DNA of 64,000 bases. It comes from an uncultured Thermotogaceae bacterium (GTDB lineage Bacteria > Thermotogota > Thermotogae > MWEM01). This document shows positions 39,404-48,856 of this stretch, piece after piece. A model generated the notes under the pieces. The model was not told the DNA's origin and made no database searches. It worked only from the letters and a program-made list of their open reading frames with translations. The stretch is from contig CAZRYM010000004.1 in assembly GCA_964604305.1 (NCBI GenBank), positions 4,553 through 68,552 of the forward strand. Reading direction: 5' to 3'. The position numbers were made by a program, and so were the translations under genes. Position 1 is the stretch's first letter. Every line of letters begins with the position of its first letter.

Positions 39404-40087
39404 TTATCCGAAGATACCGGATAAATTAATAAACATTGTGTTAAACCCGGATATTACCGGATACATGATAGCCTGTACTATCCCCATGATAATGAGTATT
39501 AATAATATAAGAATACCATACACCTGATATTTCATAACAGTTTTCATATGCTTGGTTGTTATAAAAACAGACCATAAAGCAGAAGCATCCAAGGGCATAA
39601 TCGGGATCAAATTAAATATGGCAATGATCAAATTGACTACCATAAAAGATCCTAGAACATCAGATAAATAATTAATCAAAAACAGTGAATTCTTCGGATT
39701 TGTATTAAAAAACCAACTGAATTTATGAATACCGAAACCATAAAAAATAAAGGCTGCAATAACAGCTAATAAAATACTCAATGCCGGACCTGAAAAGGCG
39801 ATAATGAACGTGTCTTTATTTTTGTTACTTAATTTCAGATTATTTACAGGTATTCTTCTAGACCATCCAAAATTCAAAAGTATAAAACATGCTAAACCAA
39901 TGGGATCTATGTGCTTAAACGGATTAGCAGTATATCTTTTTAATAAAACAGGTGTATTATCACCAAGCTTTACAGCCATAAAGGCGTGAGCATACTCATG
40001 TAATCCAAGCGCCAACAAGACAGCCGGTGATCTAACTAAAATTTGTCTTAAAAAAATTGTTAAATTGAAATTGTCAAAAAAAGACAT
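39404..40087 (-). CDS. M50 (site-2 protease) family membrane metalloprotease
   Basis: The HEYAH (HExxH) motif inside the first TM helix. A polytopic membrane protein. Confidence 0.6.
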   Translation of the reverse strand: MSFFDNFNLTIFLRQILVRSPAVLLALGLHEYAHAFMAVKLGDNTPVLLKRYTANPFKHIDPIGLACFILLNFGWSRRIPVNNLKLSNKNKDTFIIAFSGPALSILLAVIAAFIFYGFGIHKFSWFFNTNPKNSLFLINYLSDVLGSFMVVNLIIAIFNLIPIMPLDASALWSVFITTKHMKTVMKYQVYGILILLILIIMGIVQAIMYPVISGFNTMFINLSGIFG

Positions 40088-40096
40088 AAAAACCCT

Positions 40097-41356
40097 TCAT
40101 TGATACAATTTGACGAATTTTTCCATGAATTGTTTCCTGACAGCCTCCTCATTTATCTTCGGATACTGACCAAAATAATAAATAAAATCACCATTTACCA
40201 TGGTGGCTAAAACATCTGAACCCCTTCCTGAATAAATGATGTTTGATATAGGGTTAATAAAGGGGAAAAGATTAATATTTTCTATGTCCAAAAAGACGAT
40301 ATCTGCCTTTTTTCCTTTTTCCAAAATACCCAAATCTTCGTTCCTCATTGCTTTTGCCCCATTGCTTGTTCCCATTTTAAAAGAAAATGATGCTGGAACT
40401 GTCTGTGGATTTCTTGATTTTCCCTTGTGGATTAGAGAAGCCAATAACATTTCTTTAAAGATATCCAAATTATTGTTACTAGAAACACTATCAGTGCCCA
40501 AACATACATTTACACCTTCTAGTATCATTTCTTCAACAGGAGCTATTCCATTTGCCAATTTTAGGTTGGAAGAAGGATTATGTGCCACTGAGATATCATA
40601 TTCCTTTAATATTTTTATGTCATCGGAGTCTGCATAAACACAATGGGCTGCTATTGTATTTGTATTAAACAATCCCAATTTTGCTAGTTCGCGGAATGTG
40701 TATTGATTTTGTTCTTTTTGGCTTTCTTTTAAATGGATATGAACCAGGGCATTTAGTTGTGTTGCCACATCACCAATGGTTTTTAAATAATCCATTGAAC
40801 ATAAATAAGGCGAATGAGGACCGAATCCGATAGAAATTCTACCTTTGGCTGTGTTATGATATTTTTCATAAGTCTTAATATTTTTTTTAAGCCTGCCCCC
40901 ATCATCTTGGTTATTATCCTGTAGGCCTCTACAGATATAAGCCCTCATTCCAAATTCGCTAACCGCTTTAACAATAGAATCGAGCATCATATACATATCA
41001 ACGAATGTGGTAATACCATTTCTGGCCATTTCCATCTGTGATATCATTGCAGAAAGATATATCATCTCTTCATCCAATTTTTCCTCAAGGGGGATGATTT
41101 TATCAAATAACCATTTTTCAAATGGCAAGTCGTCACCTGATCCTTTTAAAGCAGCCATTCCAGAATGTGTGTGTGAATTGATTAGTCCAGGTATTGCCAA
41201 AACCTTTCTGCCTTTTAGATCTATTTGTTCCATTTCCTTTTCTTCTGTCGAACCTTCGCCGATATCCTTAATGATACCATCTTCAAGTAAAATAAACCCT
41301 TTTTGTATTATTTGTTCATCAGTTAGAATTTGAACATCTTTAATAAGTTTTTTCAA
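40097..41356 (-). CDS. Amidohydrolase-family deaminase, MtaD/SAH-deaminase or chlorohydrolase-like
   Basis: The metal-binding NSHTHSGM motif, with the downstream HxH...D residues typical of the MtaD/Atz/Trz subfamily. Confidence 0.7.
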   Translation of the reverse strand: MKKLIKDVQILTDEQIIQKGFILLEDGIIKDIGEGSTEEKEMEQIDLKGRKVLAIPGLINSHTHSGMAALKGSGDDLPFEKWLFDKIIPLEEKLDEEMIYLSAMISQMEMARNGITTFVDMYMMLDSIVKAVSEFGMRAYICRGLQDNNQDDGGRLKKNIKTYEKYHNTAKGRISIGFGPHSPYLCSMDYLKTIGDVATQLNALVHIHLKESQKEQNQYTFRELAKLGLFNTNTIAAHCVYADSDDIKILKEYDISVAHNPSSNLKLANGIAPVEEMILEGVNVCLGTDSVSSNNNLDIFKEMLLASLIHKGKSRNPQTVPASFSFKMGTSNGAKAMRNEDLGILEKGKKADIVFLDIENINLFPFINPISNIIYSGRGSDVLATMVNGDFIYYFGQYPKINEEAVRKQFMEKFVKLYQ

Positions 41357-41359
41357 CTG

Positions 41360-41707
41360 TCATCCCCTCTTTGAAAAACGGTTGTTTTTTTCATAATCAA
41401 CCTTTGATTTGAAATACCCGTTTTTTACTGCTTTTTTTCCTTTTGAAACGGTGTTGATTGATTCTTTTATTTCGGTAGTATGATCCTTGAGCAGTTCAAA
41501 CATCTTCGATTCTATTTTTTCGATTCTTCGAAGAGCATTTTTTTCGGATTCAGGATTGGTGCTTTTCGCCCTCTCCAAAGATGTAATCAATATTCTACGA
41601 TTTTCAAGGATTTCTGGTAATAATTCAAGATTATCTTTTTTGATAATATCAAGAAGTTTTTGAGAAATAGCTTCGATACTACACAGGATTTCCAAGGCAT
41701 TTTCCAT
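41360..41707 (-). CDS. Hypothetical coiled-coil protein
   Basis: 115 aa. It shares a transcription direction with the amidohydrolase and has no recognisable motif. Confidence 0.3.
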   Translation of the reverse strand: MENALEILCSIEAISQKLLDIIKKDNLELLPEILENRRILITSLERAKSTNPESEKNALRRIEKIESKMFELLKDHTTEIKESINTVSKGKKAVKNGYFKSKVDYEKNNRFSKRG

Positions 41708-41816
41708 AGATTACCATCCCCAGTTAACACTTTAGTGTATTATATCATTTAATCAGTTGATATAAGGAATAAGATTTTTTCTGTGATAAAATAAAATAAC
41801 AAGAAGGAGGCTGAAA

Positions 41817-42899
41817 ATGAGAAAGAAAATAAACATAATTATGATACTGGCAATATTTGTATTAGTGATGAGTTTTGCGAATCCACTCAGAATAGCTTGT
41901 CTAATCAATGGAGAACTAGGTGATAAATCCTTTTTTGATTCGGCTGCTAAAGGCTTACAACTTATGGAAGATAAAATGAAAGCGGAAACAAAAATCATAG
42001 AGATGCAATATAACGCTGCTGTATGGGAACCCACTCTGGATGATATATCAAATTCCGGCTATTATGATTTGATCATTGTTGGAACTTGGCCAATGGTTGA
42101 TCCCCTAAGTAGAATTGCCCAATTTTATCCTGAAAACAGGTACATCCTCTATGATGCAAAAGTAGATTTTTCAAAAGATGATTTAACAAATATTTATGCT
42201 ATCTCTTACAAACAAAACGAAGGGTCATTTATGGCAGGAGTTTTAGCGGCTCTTGTTACAGAGTCCGAACAATTGGATTTTTCAAACAATTCAAAAACGA
42301 TAGGTGTTTTAGGCGGAGTAGATTCCCCAATAGTAAATGATTTTATCATCGGATATATTAAAGGTGCCCAATATATCGATCAAAATATAAGGGTTTTGGT
42401 TTCTTATGCAGGAGTATGGAATGATCCGGCCAAGGGAAAAGAGCTTGCAAACGTCATGTATAAAAACGGAGCAGATGTTGTCTTTAATGTTGCAGCAAAT
42501 ACAGGCAGTGGGATTTATCCCGCAGCGGTTGAAAACAACGCTTGGGCAATAGGTGTTGATTCCGATGCTCATCTGGTTTTTAAAGAGTCTCATCCTGAAT
42601 TTACCGATCATATTCTAACATCAATGATAAAAGATATTGGGCAATCTCTTGTCCAAACGGTTGAACTATACCAAAAAGGCGAATTGGAATTTGGGGAAAA
42701 CATATCAATGGGAATAAACGAAGGCGTAATTGGTCTTACCTATAATGAATATTTTAGAGAGTTTCTTGTACAAAATCCCGATATAGAATCAAAATTGAAA
42801 GAAATCAAGAATAAGATTTTAAACGGAGAAATTACTGTTCCTACAGCAATTGGTAAATCGTCCGATTATGTATATGATATAATAAAATCAGCTAATTGA
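41817..42899 (+). CDS. BMP-family (PnrA/Med-like) ABC substrate-binding lipoprotein, orphan
   Basis: A signal peptide and the BMP-family blocks (IACLINGELGDKSFFD, GTWPMVD, GVDSD). No permease or ATPase is adjacent. Confidence 0.7.
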   Translation: MRKKINIIMILAIFVLVMSFANPLRIACLINGELGDKSFFDSAAKGLQLMEDKMKAETKIIEMQYNAAVWEPTLDDISNSGYYDLIIVGTWPMVDPLSRIAQFYPENRYILYDAKVDFSKDDLTNIYAISYKQNEGSFMAGVLAALVTESEQLDFSNNSKTIGVLGGVDSPIVNDFIIGYIKGAQYIDQNIRVLVSYAGVWNDPAKGKELANVMYKNGADVVFNVAANTGSGIYPAAVENNAWAIGVDSDAHLVFKESHPEFTDHILTSMIKDIGQSLVQTVELYQKGELEFGENISMGINEGVIGLTYNEYFREFLVQNPDIESKLKEIKNKILNGEITVPTAIGKSSDYVYDIIKSAN

Positions 42900-42998
42900 C
42901 GTCAAATAAATAACTGATACAAGATAAAGACACAGGTACAATGTGAAATCAGGTGTTCTTTAAACCTGAATTTTGATCAAATACGAAAGGAGCATTAT

Positions 42999-43427
42999 AT
43001 GTCAAAAGCTAAAAGCGGAGATACGGTAAAAGTACATTACACCGGGACTCTTGAAGACGGAACACTTTTTGATTCATCAAGGGAAAGAGAACCCTTGGAG
43101 TTTACAATAGGAGGAAAGCAGGTTATTCCCGGATTTGAAAATGGAGTGGTTGGACTTGAAGAAGGTGAAAAGACCAGCATAAAGATCCCCCCTTCTGAAG
43201 GTTATGGAGAATATGATGAAAAGCTAAGATTTATATTTGATAAGTCACAATTTCCAAATGATTTGGAATTAAAACCCGGGCTAAGGTTAAATATGCAGGG
43301 TGAAGGAGACAAAGTAGCGGTATTTACAGTTGTTGATATCCTTGGCGATGAAGTGATATTAGATGGCAATCATCCCCTGGTGGGTAGGACGCTTCTTTTT
43401 GAATTAGAGCTTATAGAAATTGTTTGA
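42999..43427 (+). CDS. FKBP-type peptidyl-prolyl cis-trans isomerase, SlyD-like
   Basis: GDTVKVHYTGTLEDGTLFDSS...IPGFENGVVGLEEGEK, the FKBP fold with an IF-domain insertion. Confidence 0.8.
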   Translation: MSKAKSGDTVKVHYTGTLEDGTLFDSSREREPLEFTIGGKQVIPGFENGVVGLEEGEKTSIKIPPSEGYGEYDEKLRFIFDKSQFPNDLELKPGLRLNMQGEGDKVAVFTVVDILGDEVILDGNHPLVGRTLLFELELIEIV

Positions 43428-43526
43428 GTATTTTTTAATAGGTTCCCTGAAGTAATTACTGAACTTTTGCGTCTTTTATTATATGATTATTTTTTTATCC
43501 ATATTATTTTATAGGGGGTCGGTATT

Positions 43527-43667
43527 ATGAGATTTACAGTTGATTACCTGAATGGAGATACAATCAAATCAGTAAATATTGATGCGACAAACCAAAAAGA
43601 AGCTAAGATTAAAATTAAAAAGAAATTAGGTAAAGAAAAAATTGTGGGTGTGAAAGTTACACAGTAA
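43527..43667 (+). CDS. Small ORF (46 aa), lysine-rich, absent from the ORF track
   Basis: ATG 43527 after AGGGGGTCGG. It encodes MRFTVDYLNGDTIKSVNIDATNQKEAKIKIKKKLGKEKIVGVKVTQ and is followed by a clean terminator. Confidence 0.35.
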   Translation: MRFTVDYLNGDTIKSVNIDATNQKEAKIKIKKKLGKEKIVGVKVTQ

Positions 43668-43691
43668 AAGAAATGGAATGAATAATAAAAA

Positions 43692-43723
43692 AACAGACGC
43701 TATTTAAAGCGTCTGTTTTTTTG
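43692..43723 (+). terminator. Rho-independent terminator
   Basis: A CAGACGC...GCGTCTG hairpin followed by TTTTTTTG. Confidence 0.6.
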
Positions 43724-43800
43724 TGTCGTGCTCCAAGAATAAAAATTGCATTTTAATAAACTTTATGATAGCATAAAGAAGTTGATGAAAAGGGGGCTAT

Positions 43801-44421
43801 ATGAAGATAAAGAATGTTATTTTTGATGTCGGGGGGGTTCTTCTTGACTGGAATCCATTTGAGCTGTTAAAAACCATGTTTGACGAAAAAAAAGCGTCTG
43901 TACTAAAAGCGAATATGATGGATTCAGACTATTGGGCTGAACTTGACAGAGGCACTTTAGAAATTGATGAAGCAGTGGATATTTTTTCTAAAAAAATACC
44001 CGAACTTAGAGACGATGTAGAATTTGCACTGAAAAATTTTATTGATTATATTCCTCCCATCAAAGAAAATATTATAATCCTTAATAAACTTTCCAAGATG
44101 AACTATAGGCTTTTTGTATTGTCCAATTTTCATCTTGAATCTTTTTCAAAAGCTTACGAAAAGTATAGTTTTTTTAAACTCTTTGAAGGAATAGTCATAT
44201 CTTCTTGTATCAAGATGATAAAACCCGATAAGAAAATTTTTGAATACACTCTAAACAAATATTCCCTAACTCCGGGTGAGACGGTCTTTTTTGACGATTC
44301 AAAAAAAAATATTGAGTCTGCCAGCGATTTAGGTATTATTGGTGTGCATACTTTCAAAACTGAAATACTGCAAGAATTCTACAACAAAAGACTTAAGAAG
44401 GAAAAACCAAATGATCTTTGA
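43801..44421 (+). CDS. HAD-superfamily hydrolase
   Basis: Motif I FDVGGVLLDW (DxG at the start) and the HAD fold. Confidence 0.65.
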   Translation: MKIKNVIFDVGGVLLDWNPFELLKTMFDEKKASVLKANMMDSDYWAELDRGTLEIDEAVDIFSKKIPELRDDVEFALKNFIDYIPPIKENIIILNKLSKMNYRLFVLSNFHLESFSKAYEKYSFFKLFEGIVISSCIKMIKPDKKIFEYTLNKYSLTPGETVFFDDSKKNIESASDLGIIGVHTFKTEILQEFYNKRLKKEKPNDL

Positions 44422-45535
44422 ATCGTTAGTAGAATGGTTTATTTATTCTAATCTTGCCATGATTAACATTATGGCTCAATATTTTGAGAAAATGAGTTTT
44501 TCTCCAGTTCAAATAGGCGCATTAATGGCAATCATACCAGGGATGGCGTTATTAGCCAATCCTTTTTGGTTTAGTATGAAAAAGAAACTTGGAGAAAAAA
44601 AGACGCTTAAATATTTAACATTAGTTCCGGCAATTTTAGTATGGGGGGTTTTTTTGCTGCCCGGGTTTTTACCAAAAATGTTGGCCTTAGTTTTCTTTGG
44701 CTTTTTTGCTTCTTCAGTTGTTCCCATTGGTGAAGCAGGAGTAATGGAATCTCTAATGGCAAAGGGGTTGCATTTAGATAAGGCAAGATTAATGGGGACT
44801 GTAGGTTTTTCAAGTATTTCTCTCATTTCCGGATTTCTTTTTGAAATCAGTTTTGTGTTCATGTTCGTTATTTCTACAACAGCTCTTGTTTTGGCATTCA
44901 CATTTTCCAGAAAACTTAAAACGTATGAAATCGTCAGTGAAAGAAAATATAAAAGCGATAATTCAGGTAATTCAAGAACTTTTGTGTTTATGCTCTTAAC
45001 TGCAACTGTCGGCATCATGGGCGTTTCGTTTTGCGGATCTTTTTTACCTGTACTCGTTTCTCAAAAAGGTTTTCCCGAAAGTACAGTGGGCATTAGTTTT
45101 GCGGTCCTTTCTATCTGCGAAGTACCCTTCCTTTTATTTGCTAAATCCATTATTAAAAAAACAGGCTCTCTATTTCTTATAGCAACTGGAATATTGGCCA
45201 TTGGCATTAGGTTGTTTATCACTCCGCTTGCCCATACTCCAACATTGCTCATATTGACACATATATTACATGGTTGGAATTATATCATTATCTATTATTC
45301 GATATTCAATTATATCCACTTTAAAATTCCTGAAAATCAAGCAAACAAATCACAAGCTGCATTTTGGATGATTATCCAAGGGGGAGGATTTCTAGTCGGG
45401 TATCTTGGAGGTGGCATTTTAGTTGAGCTTATAGGTCTTGTGAATACTTATAACACACTATCAGTTATGATGTTTATTCTTTGTGTACCACTTTTTATTT
45501 GGTATTTGATCAGTTTAAAAGGAGCTGCAAAATGA
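44411..45535 (+). CDS. MFS-type transporter
   Basis: About 12 predicted TM helices. The start ATG 44411 overlaps the HAD gene end. Confidence 0.55.
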   Translation: MIFESLVEWFIYSNLAMINIMAQYFEKMSFSPVQIGALMAIIPGMALLANPFWFSMKKKLGEKKTLKYLTLVPAILVWGVFLLPGFLPKMLALVFFGFFASSVVPIGEAGVMESLMAKGLHLDKARLMGTVGFSSISLISGFLFEISFVFMFVISTTALVLAFTFSRKLKTYEIVSERKYKSDNSGNSRTFVFMLLTATVGIMGVSFCGSFLPVLVSQKGFPESTVGISFAVLSICEVPFLLFAKSIIKKTGSLFLIATGILAIGIRLFITPLAHTPTLLILTHILHGWNYIIIYYSIFNYIHFKIPENQANKSQAAFWMIIQGGGFLVGYLGGGILVELIGLVNTYNTLSVMMFILCVPLFIWYLISLKGAAK

Positions 45536-46809
45536 AAAGAACTTTAATTACATATACAATCATTTTTCTGTTGTTCGGTATCTTGTTGTATTTTTTATCC
45601 ATGTCATGGATGAATTTTCTTTTTAAACCTAATTTAAAAAAGGAAGTTGAGATACTTCTTAATGAAGTGCCAAGGCAGCATCCTTTAGCGAGTCAAGAAC
45701 AACTTGAAGCATTTTCGCTTACGGTTAATGAAGCTTTAAAAGAAGTTAGGCTCTTTTCCAGCCATTTTGAGTATTATGAAAAGTTGGCACCTTCCTTTCG
45801 AGTTTTTGAAGATACGTTTACTTATCTTGATTTTTGGGAAGGTTCTCTGCATTCAGCTTCTGTATTACCAGTACTCTTCAGATATAGAGACGGTAGAGTG
45901 TTGATTGATAAAGCTCTTGGTAACATTCTCCCTTCCGGATCTGTCATAGAGGCCATTAATGAGAAACCCATTGATGAAATTATCGGTTTCTATGGTCAAT
46001 TCGTATATGCAAACACTCAAGAAGAAAAGGGATTTTGGATTGTTGAAAGAGAGCTCTTGAATTATTTTCCTGAATTCTTCAGAGAAAATGAATATTGGAT
46101 AGAATATGTCCATGAAGGGAATCATCTAAAAGAACAGGTGAGAAGAATTCCCTATAAAGAATTTGCCTCATGGAAAAACAGGCTGGCAACTGAATGGTAT
46201 AAATTAAAAACAGAAGAAGATTTAATGGTTTTAAAAATATACGATCTGTCTTATTCAGCTCAAAATACACATGAAATTCGAAAGGTTATGAATGAAATAC
46301 TTGGCTATGACAAGTCAAAATTATTGATTGACCTTACAGACACAAAAGGAATAGGTGAAAATTATTACAATCTCCAACTGCTATTGTCATTTCTTACAGA
46401 TCGTGAGGATTATTTGATACAGAGGCAGATCACAACTTACAACACTCAAAAAGATGCTTTTTCAGTCATACCACAAAAGGAGACATTTAAAGGGGATCTT
46501 TATTTTCTCATCTCAGATTATTCCATATATCCTTATCTCAGAGCTTTGATTGGGTTCTGTGAAAGATCAGATACGGGGCTGTTCATTGGTTCGAAACCTT
46601 TAACAAAAGGTAACTATTTTTCTAATCCCAATACTGAACCGCTATATATATCATATCTCATACCAAAGGTTTGCAGAACATTCAATGAAATTAAAACAGA
46701 AGTTATTGAGGGATCGCTTTACAATGAAATTTACTTCACTCTAGATGATTATATAAAACTTATGTTATTTGAAACAGATTATAGCTCATATATTTCTGAA
46801 ACAAAGTAA
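45532..46809 (+). CDS. Membrane-anchored protein of unknown function
   Basis: ATG 45532 after AAAGGAG, an N-terminal TM helix and a large extracytoplasmic domain of about 400 aa. Confidence 0.4.
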   Translation: MKRTLITYTIIFLLFGILLYFLSMSWMNFLFKPNLKKEVEILLNEVPRQHPLASQEQLEAFSLTVNEALKEVRLFSSHFEYYEKLAPSFRVFEDTFTYLDFWEGSLHSASVLPVLFRYRDGRVLIDKALGNILPSGSVIEAINEKPIDEIIGFYGQFVYANTQEEKGFWIVERELLNYFPEFFRENEYWIEYVHEGNHLKEQVRRIPYKEFASWKNRLATEWYKLKTEEDLMVLKIYDLSYSAQNTHEIRKVMNEILGYDKSKLLIDLTDTKGIGENYYNLQLLLSFLTDREDYLIQRQITTYNTQKDAFSVIPQKETFKGDLYFLISDYSIYPYLRALIGFCERSDTGLFIGSKPLTKGNYFSNPNTEPLYISYLIPKVCRTFNEIKTEVIEGSLYNEIYFTLDDYIKLMLFETDYSSYISETK

Positions 46810-46906
46810 ACAATTAAAACAATGTGGTAAAATACTATAACGTAAGAAAATGCTTTTTTAGGTAAAAACAATATCTGTAATATCAGATTTTGATTCATGA
46901 AAGGGC

Positions 46907-47647
46907 GTGGTTATCATGGAGAAGCGGTTTTCAATTTTACTTGCCGAGGACGATTTAATCAGTCGCAGGCTGATTCGAATTCTTATTGAAAGATTAGGCC
47001 ATAAAGTAAATGTGGTTGAAAACGGGAAGAAGGCATTTGAGGCGTATAAAAATGATGATTATGATATTGTTCTTATGGACATTCAAATGCCTTTGATGGA
47101 CGGTCTTGAATGTACCCGGAAGATTCGGGAATACGAAAGAGAGGTTCAGCAACAACCTGTAACCATAATAGCAGTAACCGCTCATGCTATGATAGGGGAT
47201 AAGGAAAAATGCTTGACCGCTGGAATGGATGACTATATAACAAAACCAATTGAAGAAAAAGTATTACTGAACAAAATCAATGAACATAATTTGAATATGA
47301 CAGAGAATTTAAGAACAGGCAATATTGAGAAATTAAACAACCTTTTAGAAAATACTTCAGATGTACAGGAGATTGTCTCTGATTTTTTACAGTATTATCC
47401 GGATCAACTGAATTTGATTAAACGAAAGGCGAGTGAAAATGCCTTTAATGAAATGGCTGATTTAGTGCACAAGCTAAAAGGGAGCACATCAAATTTTGAA
47501 GCGGAAAAGGTTGTGAAGATTTTAAAGAAACTTGAGGATTGTGCAAAAGAAAAAGACAAAGTATCCATCGAAAGGTTACTGAGGGAGTTGGAAGCTGAAC
47601 TGGATTCTTTGAAAACCTATCTTCTTAAGTATCAGAATGATCAATAA
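46907..47647 (+). CDS. Response-regulator receiver domain fused to an Hpt phosphotransfer domain
   Basis: REC: LLAEDDL...DIVLMDIQMPLMDG...AVTAHA. Hpt: HKLKGSTSNFEAEKV (HxxKG). Confidence 0.7.
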   Translation: MVIMEKRFSILLAEDDLISRRLIRILIERLGHKVNVVENGKKAFEAYKNDDYDIVLMDIQMPLMDGLECTRKIREYEREVQQQPVTIIAVTAHAMIGDKEKCLTAGMDDYITKPIEEKVLLNKINEHNLNMTENLRTGNIEKLNNLLENTSDVQEIVSDFLQYYPDQLNLIKRKASENAFNEMADLVHKLKGSTSNFEAEKVVKILKKLEDCAKEKDKVSIERLLRELEAELDSLKTYLLKYQNDQ

Positions 47648-47668
47648 CAAGATTTCGGAGGCTGGAAA

Positions 47669-48835
47669 ATGTTTAATAAACAAGCGTTCAAAGGATATAT
47701 AAAGACCTTTTCTCAATTTGTTTTTATAAAGGATGGGGAGAAAACTGAAAAGGATTTTCCAGGAGCCAAAAAATCCTTAGATATATTTAAAAATCTATTA
47801 ACCAATTATGGAAGAAAGGTTCAAAAGAAAGAACTATGCGAGATATTTTGGCCTGATATGAGTGAAGAAAAGGCAAAACAAAATTTATCCTCAAACCTCT
47901 ATTATTTAAGAAAGGGTTTGGATAAAATATTTGAAAAAGAGTCATTTGGTAAATTTTTCATTCGATCTAATTCTCATGTCTGTTGGTTAAACAAACCGCA
48001 TGAGATTGGTTTTGATTTTGAAGTCTTTGAAGACCTTGTTAGCCAAGCTGAAAAGCAAACTAATCCGGAACTTAAAAATAGGTTTTTGCTCGATGCGCTT
48101 GATATTTATACCGGTGATTATTTACCGTTTTGTAATTATCGCTGGGCAAAAACAAAAAGAAAAGAGTATCAGGAGAAAGTGGTCGGGATCATACTTGAAC
48201 TGATTAATATGGATAATTTTGAATCTGAAAAAACTGTAGAAGAACTTTATGAAAAAGGCTTTGCCATTGCTCCTTTAAATGAAAAACTCGTATTGAGTAA
48301 GTTGAACTACTTAAATAACCGGGGAAAAACTCTGGAATCAATAAAAGTTTATAAAGAGTTCAAGAACAGACTGGAACATGAATTTTCAATAGCGGTTCCT
48401 TTAGAAATCGAAGCATTGATGTCTGAGATTATAAAGAAAAACACAATTATCCGCGTTCCCTCGGCTTTTAAGGAAAAAAAGAATTTCCTGGAAATTAGTG
48501 AATTTCGAAAGATTATTTCATTTGAGATGAATGCCAGAAACCCTAAATCTCTTTTATTATCAGTTTCTTTTTCAAATGGATTTGAAGAGAAAATGAACAT
48601 AAAGAAGTTTTCTGAGGAATTATTTAACAGTGTAAGAGAGGGAGATCGAATCACATATACCAATAAGGTTTTACTGGTTCTTTTTTCTGAAACCGGAAAA
48701 ATGGATTTACCAATATTGATTGAGCGATTCTACCCTTATTTCGAAAGACATTGTAGTGAATCTGGAGCCAAATATAAATGGCATGAACTAAAACACAAGA
48801 AGACAAAATTGATAACCTATGGAGAATGGAAATAG
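47669..48835 (+). CDS. SARP-family (wHTH plus BTAD) transcriptional regulator with an extra C-terminal domain
   Basis: An OmpR-like wHTH (KKELCEIFWPD...NLSSNLYYLRKGL), BTAD-like helical repeats, and about 130 aa of unassigned C-terminus. Confidence 0.5.
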   Translation: MFNKQAFKGYIKTFSQFVFIKDGEKTEKDFPGAKKSLDIFKNLLTNYGRKVQKKELCEIFWPDMSEEKAKQNLSSNLYYLRKGLDKIFEKESFGKFFIRSNSHVCWLNKPHEIGFDFEVFEDLVSQAEKQTNPELKNRFLLDALDIYTGDYLPFCNYRWAKTKRKEYQEKVVGIILELINMDNFESEKTVEELYEKGFAIAPLNEKLVLSKLNYLNNRGKTLESIKVYKEFKNRLEHEFSIAVPLEIEALMSEIIKKNTIIRVPSAFKEKKNFLEISEFRKIISFEMNARNPKSLLLSVSFSNGFEEKMNIKKFSEELFNSVREGDRITYTNKVLLVLFSETGKMDLPILIERFYPYFERHCSESGAKYKWHELKHKKTKLITYGEWK

Positions 48836-48856
48836 GACAACTGAGGTGAAAACACG

